Assembly (NCBI GenBank): GCA_964016885.1
Contig: OZ024741.1
Coordinates: forward strand, 244,900,001 to 244,964,000
Direction of reading: 5' to 3'
Length of the DNA: 64,000 nt
Source of the DNA: Eledone cirrhosa
Lineage: Eukaryota
The notes beneath the pieces were generated by a model. That model was not told where the DNA came from. It saw only the letters and a program-made list of their open reading frames with translations, and made no database searches. A program made the position numbers and the translations under genes. Position 1 is the stretch's first letter; the number at the start of each line of letters is the position of its first letter. This document shows, in pieces, positions 55,601 through 64,000 of this stretch.

Positions 55601-55830
55601 CACACCAATCGCCGGCGGACTTTGTTGACGTTTAACACGGTTTGGTTCCACAGCCACAACTATTGATTTTACGGAGATATCTTGCTGAAATTCACGCCAC
55701 ACATAGCCAATGAGGGTCTGCACATGTACCAGTAATTACAGATCGATCCGACCGCGGGCGGCCGGCCCGCGATTAAAAAGGTAAAACCGCCGGCTAATTG
55801 TCATTTTTGGATTCGTTTTCTTCGAAGCAC

Positions 55831-58800
55831 ACCATTCGCCGGCGGACTTTGTTGACGTTTAACACGGTTTGGTTCCACAGCCACAACTATTGATTTTACG
55901 GAGATATCTTGCTGAAATTCACGACACACATAGCCAATGTGAGTCTGCACATGTACCAGTAATTACAGATCGATCCGACCACGGGCGGCCGGCCCGCGAT
56001 TGAAAAGGTAAATCCGCCGGCTAATCGTCATTTTTGGATTCGTTTTCTTCGAAGCACACCATTCGCCGGCGGACTTTGTTGACATTTAACACGGTTTGGT
56101 TCCACAGCCACAACTATTGATTTTACGGAGATATCTTGCTGAAATTCACGCCACACATAGCCAATGAGTATCTGCACATGTACCAGTAATTACAGATCGA
56201 TCCGACCGCGGGCGGCCGGCCCGCGATTAAAAAGGTAAATCCGCCGGCTAATCGTCATTTTTGGATTCGTTTTCTTCGAAGCACACCATTCGCCGGCGGA
56301 CTTTGTTGACATTTAACACGGTTTGGTTCCACAGCCACAACTATTGATTTTACGGAGATATCTTGCTGAAATTCACGCCACACATAGCCAATGAGTGTCT
56401 GCACATGTACCAGTAATTACAGATCGATCCGACCACGGGCGGCCGGCCCGCGATTGAAAAGGTAAATCCGCCGGCTAATCGTCATTTTTGGATTCGTTTT
56501 CTTCGAAGCACACCATTCGCCGGCGGACTTTGTTGACGTTTAACACGGTTTGGTTCCACAGCCACAACTATTGATTTTACGGAGATATCTTGCTGAAATT
56601 CACGCCACACATAGCCAATGAGTATCTGCACATGTACCAGTAATTACAGATCGATCCGACCGCGGGCGGCCGGCCCGCGATTGAAAAGGTAAATCCGCCG
56701 GCTAATCGTCATTTTTGGATTCGTTTTCTTCGAAGCACACCATTCGCCGGCGGACTTTGTTGACGTTTAACACGGTTTGGTTCCACAGCCACAACTATTG
56801 ATTTTACGGAGATATCTTGCTGAAATTCACGACACACATAGCCAATGTGAGTCTGCACATGTACCAGTAATTACAGATCGATCCGACCACGGGCGGCCGG
56901 CCCGCGATTGAAAAGGTAAATCCGCCGGCTAATCGTCATTTTTGGATTCGTTTTCTTCGAAGCACACCATTCGCCGGCGGACTTTGTTGACATTTAACAC
57001 GGTTTGGTTCCACAGCCACAACTATTGATTTTACGGAGATATCTTGCTGAAATTCACGACACACATAGCCAATGAGTATCTGCACATGTACCAGTAATTA
57101 CAGATCGATCCGACCGCGGGCGGCCGGCCCGCGATTGAAAAGGTAAATCCGCCGGCTAATCGTCATTTTTGGATTCGTTTTCTTCGAAGCACACCATTCG
57201 CCGGCGGACTTTGTTGACGTTTAACACGGTTTGGTTCCACAGCCACAACTATTGATTTTACGGAGATATCTTGCTGAAATTCACGCCACACATAGCCAAT
57301 GAGTATCTGCACATGTACCAGTAATTACAGATCGATCCGACCGCGGGCGGCCGGCCCGCGATTGAAAAGGTAAATCCGCCGGCTAATCGTCATTTTTGGA
57401 TTCGTTTTCTTCGAAGCACACCATTCGCCGGCGGACTTTGTTGACGTTTAACACGGTTTGGTTCCACAGCCACAACTATTGATTTTACGGAGATATCTTG
57501 CTGAAATTCACGACACACATAGCCAATGTGAGTCTGCACATGTACCAGTAATTACAGATCGATCCGACCACGGGCGGCCGGCCCGCGATTGAAAAGGTAA
57601 ATCCGCCGGCTAATCGTCATTTTTGGATTCGTTTTCTTCGAAGCACACCATTCGCCGGCGGACTTTGTTGACATTTAACACGGTTTGGTTCCACAGCCAC
57701 AACTATTGATTTTACGGAGATATCTTGCTGAAATTCACGACACACATAGCCAATGAGTATCTGCACATGTACCAGTAATTACAGATCGATCCGACCGCGG
57801 GCGGCCGGCCCGCGATTAAAAAGGTAAAACCGCCGGCTAATTGTCATTTTTGGATTCGTTTTCTTCGAAGCACACCATTCGCCGGCGGACTTTGTTGACG
57901 TTTAACACGGTTTGGTTCCACAGCCACAACTATTGATTTTACGGAGATATCTTGCTGAAATTCACGACACACATAGCCAATGTGAGTCTGCACATGTACC
58001 AGTAATTACAGATCGATCCGACCACGGGCGGCCGGCCCGCGATTGAAAAGGTAAATCCGCCGGCTAATCGTCATTTTTGGATTCGTTTTCTTCGAAGCAC
58101 ACCATTCGCCGGCGGACTTTGTTGACATTTAACACGGTTTGGTTCCACAGCCACAACTATTGATTTTACGGAGATATCTTGCTGAAATTCACGCCACACA
58201 TAGCCAATGAGTATCTGCACATGTACCAGTAATTACAGATCGATCCGACCGCGGGCGGCCGGCCCGCGATTAAAAAGGTAAATCCGCCGGCTAATCGTCA
58301 TTTTTGGATTCGTTTTCTTCGAAGCACACCATTCGCCGGCGGACTTTGTTGACATTTAACACGGTTTGGTTCCACAGCCACAACTATTGATTTTACGGAG
58401 ATATCTTGCTGAAATTCACGCCACACATAGCCAATGAGTGTCTGCACATGTACCAGTAATTACAGATCGATCCGACCACGGGCGGCCGGCCCGCGATTGA
58501 AAAGGTAAATCCGCCGGCTAATCGTCATTTTTGGATTCGTTTTCTTCGAAGCACACCATTCGCCGGCGGACTTTGTTGACGTTTAACACGGTTTGGTTCC
58601 ACAGCCACAACTATTGATTTTACGGAGATATCTTGCTGAAATTCACGCCACACATAGCCAATGAGTATCTGCACATGTACCAGTAATTACAGATCGATCC
58701 GACCGCGGGCGGCCGGCCCGCGATTGAAAAGGTAAATCCGCCGGCTAATCGTCATTTTTGGATTCGTTTTCTTCGAAGCACACCATTCGCCGGCGGACTT

Positions 58801-59916
58801 TGTTGACGTTTAACACGGTTTGGTTCCACAGCCACAACTATTGATTTTACGGAGATATCTTGCTGAAATTCACGACACACATAGCCAATGTGAGTCTGCA
58901 CATGTACCAGTAATTACAGATCGATCCGACCACGGGCGGCCGGCCCGCGATTGAAAAGGTAAATCCGCCGGCTAATCGTCATTTTTGGATTCGTTTTCTT
59001 CGAAGCACACCATTCGCCGGCGGACTTTGTTGACATTTAACACGGTTTGGTTCCACAGCCACAACTATTGATTTTACGGAGATATCTTGCTGAAATTCAC
59101 GACACACATAGCCAATGAGTATCTGCACATGTACCAGTAATTACAGATCGATCCGACCGCGGGCGGCCGGCCCGCGATTGAAAAGGTAAATCCGCCGGCT
59201 AATCGTCATTTTTGGATTCGTTTTCTTCGAAGCACACCATTCGCCGGCGGACTTTGTTGACGTTTAACACGGTTTGGTTCCACAGCCACAACTATTGATT
59301 TTACGGAGATATCTTGCTGAAATTCACGCCACACATAGCCAATGAGTATCTGCACATGTACCAGTAATTACAGATCGATCCGACCGCGGGCGGCCGGCCC
59401 GCGATTGAAAAGGTAAATCCGCCGGCTAATCGTCATTTTTGGATTCGTTTTCTTCGAAGCACACCATTCGCCGGCGGACTTTGTTGACGTTTAACACGGT
59501 TTGGTTCCACAGCCACAACTATTGATTTTACGGAGATATCTTGCTGAAATTCACGACACACATAGCCAATGTGAGTCTGCACATGTACCAGTAATTACAG
59601 ATCGATCCGACCACGGGCGGCCGGCCCGCGATTGAAAAGGTAAATCCGCCGGCTAATCGTCATTTTTGGATTCGTTTTCTTCGAAGCACACCATTCGCCG
59701 GCGGACTTTGTTGACATTTAACACGGTTTGGTTCCACAGCCACAACTATTGATTTTACGGAGATATCTTGCTGAAATTCACGACACACATAGCCAATGAG
59801 TATCTGCACATGTACCAGTAATTACAGATCGATCCGACCGCGGGCGGCCGGCCCGCGATTAAAAAGGTAAAACCGCCGGCTAATTGTCATTTTTGGATTC
59901 GTTTTCTTCGAAGCAC
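55831..59916 (+). repeat. Tandem duplication of a 9-monomer block (2043 bp x2)
   Basis: Monomers 247-255 (from 55831) match 256-264 (from 57874) at all diagnostic sites. Confidence 0.9.
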
Positions 59917-62900
59917 ACCATTCGCCGGCGGACTTTGTTGACGTTTAACACGGTTTGGTTCCACAGCCACAACTATTGATTTTACGGAGATATCTTGCTG
60001 AAATTCACGACACACATAGCCAATGTGAGTCTGCACATGTACCAGTAATTACAGATCGATCCGACCACGGGCGGCCGGCCCGCGATTGAAAAGGTAAATC
60101 CGCCGGCTAATCGTCATTTTTGGATTCGTTTTCTTCGAAGCACACCATTCGCCGGCGGACTTTGTTGACATTTAACACGGTTTGGTTCCACAGCCACAAC
60201 TATTGATTTTACGGAGATATCTTGCTGAAATTCACGCCACACATAGCCAATGAGTATCTGCACATGTACCAGTAATTACAGATCGATCCGACCGCGGGCG
60301 GCCGGCCCGCGATTAAAAAGGTAAATCCGCCGGCTAATCGTCATTTTTGGATTCGTTTTCTTCGAAGCACACCATTCGCCGGCGGACTTTGTTGACATTT
60401 AACACGGTTTGGTTCCACAGCCACAACTATTGATTTTACGGAGATATCTTGCTGAAATTCACGCCACACATAGCCAATGAGTATCTGCACATGTACCAGT
60501 AATTACAGATCGATCCGACCGCGGGCGGCCGGCCCGCGATTGAAAAGGTAAATCCGCCGGCTAATCGTCATTTTTGGATTCGTTTTCTTCGAAGCACACC
60601 ATTCGCCGGCGGACTTTGTTGACGTTTAACACGGTTTGGTTCCACAGCCACAACTATTGATTTTACGGAGATATCTTGCTGAAATTCACGACACACATAG
60701 CCAATGTGAGTCTGCACATGTACCAGTAATTACAGATCGATCCGACCACGGGCGGCCGGCCCGCGATTGAAAAGGTAAATCCGCCGGCTAATCGTCATTT
60801 TTGGATTCGTTTTCTTCGAAGCACACCATTCGCCGGCGGACTTTGTTGACATTTAACACGGTTTGGTTCCACAGCCACAACTATTGATTTTACGGAGATA
60901 TCTTGCTGAAATTCACGACACACATAGCCAATGAGTATCTGCACATGTACCAGTAATTACAGATCGATCCGACCGCGGGCGGCCGGCCCGCGATTAAAAA
61001 GGTAAAACCGCCGGCTAATTGTCATTTTTGGATTCGTTTTCTTCGAAGCACACCATTCGCCGGCGGACTTTGTTGACGTTTAACACGGTTTGGTTCCACA
61101 GCCACAACTATTGATTTTACGGAGATATCTTGCTGAAATTCACGACACACATAGCCAATGTGAGTCTGCACATGTACCAGTAATTACAGATCGATCCGAC
61201 CACGGGCGGCCGGCCCGCGATTGAAAAGGTAAATCCGCCGGCTAATCGTCATTTTTGGATTCGTTTTCTTCGAAGCACACCATTCGCCGGCGGACTTTGT
61301 TGACATTTAACACGGTTTGGTTCCACAGCCACAACTATTGATTTTACGGAGATATCTTGCTGAAATTCACGCCACACATAGCCAATGAGTATCTGCACAT
61401 GTACCAGTAATTACAGATCGATCCGACCGCGGGCGGCCGGCCCGCGATTAAAAAGGTAAATCCGCCGGCTAATCGTCATTTTTGGATTCGTTTTCTTCGA
61501 AGCACACCATTCGCCGGCGGACTTTGTTGACATTTAACACGGTTTGGTTCCACAGCCACAACTATTGATTTTACGGAGATATCTTGCTGAAATTCACGCC
61601 ACACATAGCCAATGAGTATCTGCACATGTACCAGTAATTACAGATCGATCCGACCGCGGGCGGCCGGCCCGCGATTAAAAAGGTAAATCCGCCGGCTAAT
61701 CGTCATTTTTGGATTCGTTTTCTTCGAAGCACACCATTCGCCGGCGGACTTTGTTGACATTTAACACGGTTTGGTTCCACAGCCACAACTATTGATTTTA
61801 CGGAGATATCTTGCTGAAATTCACGACACACATAGCCAATGAGTATCTGCACATGTACCAGTAATTACAGATCGATCCGACCGCGGGCGGCCGGCCCGCG
61901 ATTAAAAAGGTAAAACCGCCGGCTAATTGTCATTTTTGGATTCGTTTTCTTCGAAGCACACCATTCGCCGGCGGACTTTGTTGACATTTAACACGGTTTG
62001 GTTCCACAGCCACAACTATTGATTTTACGGAGATATCTTGCTGAAATTCACGACACACATAGCCAATGAGTATCTGCACATGTACCAGTAATTACAGATC
62101 GATCCGACCGCGGGCGGCCGGCCCGCGATTAAAAAGGTAAAACCGCCGGCTAATTGTCATTTTTGGATTCGTTTTCTTCGAAGCACACCATTCGCCGGCG
62201 GACTTTGTTGACGTTTAACACGGTTTGGTTCCACAGCCACAACTATTGATTTTACGGAGATATCTTGCTGAAATTCACGACACACATAGCCAATGTGAGT
62301 CTGCACATGTACCAGTAATTACAGATCGATCCGACCACGGGCGGCCGGCCCGCGATTGAAAAGGTAAATCCGCCGGCTAATCGTCATTTTTGGATTCGTT
62401 TTCTTCGAAGCACACCATTCGCCGGCGGACTTTGTTGACATTTAACACGGTTTGGTTCCACAGCCACAACTATTGATTTTACGGAGATATCTTGCTGAAA
62501 TTCACGCCACACATAGCCAATGAGTATCTGCACATGTACCAGTAATTACAGATCGATCCGACCGCGGGCGGCCGGCCCGCGATTAAAAAGGTAAATCCGC
62601 CGGCTAATCGTCATTTTTGGATTCGTTTTCTTCGAAGCACACCATTCGCCGGCGGACTTTGTTGACATTTAACACGGTTTGGTTCCACAGCCACAACTAT
62701 TGATTTTACGGAGATATCTTGCTGAAATTCACGCCACACATAGCCAATGAGTATCTGCACATGTACCAGTAATTACAGATCGATCCGACCGCGGGCGGCC
62801 GGCCCGCGATTAAAAAGGTAAATCCGCCGGCTAATCGTCATTTTTGGATTCGTTTTCTTCGAAGCACACCATTCGCCGGCGGACTTTGTTGACATTTAAC

Positions 62901-64000
62901 ACGGTTTGGTTCCACAGCCACAACTATTGATTTTACGGAGATATCTTGCTGAAATTCACGCCACACATAGCCAATGAGTATCTGCACATGTACCAGTAAT
63001 TACAGATCGATCCGACCGCGGGCGGCCGGCCCGCGATTGAAAAGGTAAATCCGCCGGCTAATCGTCATTTTTGGATTCGTTTTCTTCGAAGCACACCATT
63101 CGCCGGCGGACTTTGTTGACGTTTAACACGGTTTGGTTCCACAGCCACAACTATTGATTTTACGGAGATATCTTGCTGAAATTCACGACACACATAGCCA
63201 ATGTGAGTCTGCACATGTACCAGTAATTACAGATCGATCCGACCACGGGCGGCCGGCCCGCGATTGAAAAGGTAAATCCGCCGGCTAATCGTCATTTTTG
63301 GATTCGTTTTCTTCGAAGCACACCATTCGCCGGCGGACTTTGTTGACATTTAACACGGTTTGGTTCCACAGCCACAACTATTGATTTTACGGAGATATCT
63401 TGCTGAAATTCACGACACACATAGCCAATGAGTATCTGCACATGTACCAGTAATTACAGATCGATCCGACCGCGGGCGGCCGGCCCGCGATTAAAAAGGT
63501 AAAACCGCCGGCTAATTGTCATTTTTGGATTCGTTTTCTTCGAAGCACACCATTCGCCGGCGGACTTTGTTGACGTTTAACACGGTTTGGTTCCACAGCC
63601 ACAACTATTGATTTTACGGAGATATCTTGCTGAAATTCACGACACACATAGCCAATGTGAGTCTGCACATGTACCAGTAATTACAGATCGATCCGACCAC
63701 GGGCGGCCGGCCCGCGATTGAAAAGGTAAATCCGCCGGCTAATCGTCATTTTTGGATTCGTTTTCTTCGAAGCACACCATTCGCCGGCGGACTTTGTTGA
63801 CATTTAACACGGTTTGGTTCCACAGCCACAACTATTGATTTTACGGAGATATCTTGCTGAAATTCACGCCACACATAGCCAATGAGTATCTGCACATGTA
63901 CCAGTAATTACAGATCGATCCGACCGCGGGCGGCCGGCCCGCGATTAAAAAGGTAAATCCGCCGGCTAATCGTCATTTTTGGATTCGTTTTCTTCGAAGC

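Larger units (their letters stand above)
1..64000 (+). repeat. Tandem satellite array, 227-bp monomer, ~282 head-to-tail copies, highly homogeneous; extends beyond both window edges
   Basis: ACCATTCGCC recurs at 1, 228, 455 ... 13621 (=1+60x227) and 27241 (=1+120x227). 282x227 minus three 4-bp deletions = 64002, matching the window ending 2 bp short of a full monomer, so there is no other net indel. All copies share one orientation. Confidence 0.99.

Noticed and set aside
1-64000. CRISPR or other repeat-spacer array
   Set aside because: No unique spacers; the entire 227 bp is repeated, and there are no associated genes or leader.
1-64000. Repetitive protein-coding gene
   Set aside because: 227 is not a multiple of 3. 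Plus-strand stops at monomer positions 23, 30 and 61 close all three frames, and minus-strand stops at 29, 57 and 133 close the other three.
1-64000. Sequencing concatemer or synthetic construct
   Set aside because: Variants form linked haplotypes in hierarchical duplications rather than random errors or identical copies. Exact copy numbers could still be misassembled.
1-64000. Variant pattern as an encoded message or programmed diversification system
   Set aside because: Nested duplication, unequal exchange and conversion explain the pattern; no enzyme gene or template is present.

Overview
The whole 64,000-bp window is one uninterrupted head-to-tail tandem array (satellite DNA) of a 227-bp monomer, about 48.5% GC and CpG-rich, with 282 copies (the last lacks its final 2 bp). 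Consensus as phased from base 1: ACCATTCGCCGGCGGACTTTGTTGACGTTTAACACGGTTTGGTTCCACAGCCACAACTATTGATTTTACGGAGATATCTTGCTGAAATTCACGCCACACATAGCCAATGAGTGTCTGCACATGTACCAGTAATTACAGATCGATCCGACCACGGGCGGCCGGCCCGCGATTGAAAAGGTAAATCCGCCGGCTAATCGTCATTTTTGGATTCGTTTTCTTCGAAGCAC. Monomers differ from it by about 0-6 substitutions. The only indel is one 4-bp deletion present in three monomers. I found no genes, RNA genes, transposon insertions, inversions or CRISPR spacers, and all six reading frames are closed in the consensus monomer. The information lies in the variant pattern: nested local higher-order repeats (3-, 4-, 6-, 7-, 9-, 10-, 14-, 15- and ~23-mers), a repeated I-II-III order of haplotype domains, and polymorphisms concentrated in three quasi-palindromes. 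This architecture is typical of eukaryotic (peri)centromeric satellite, but organism and function cannot be established from the sequence, and I do not recognise the family. I see no evidence for a novel gene-encoded system. Variant calls were read by eye; positions such as G27A are within-monomer coordinates.
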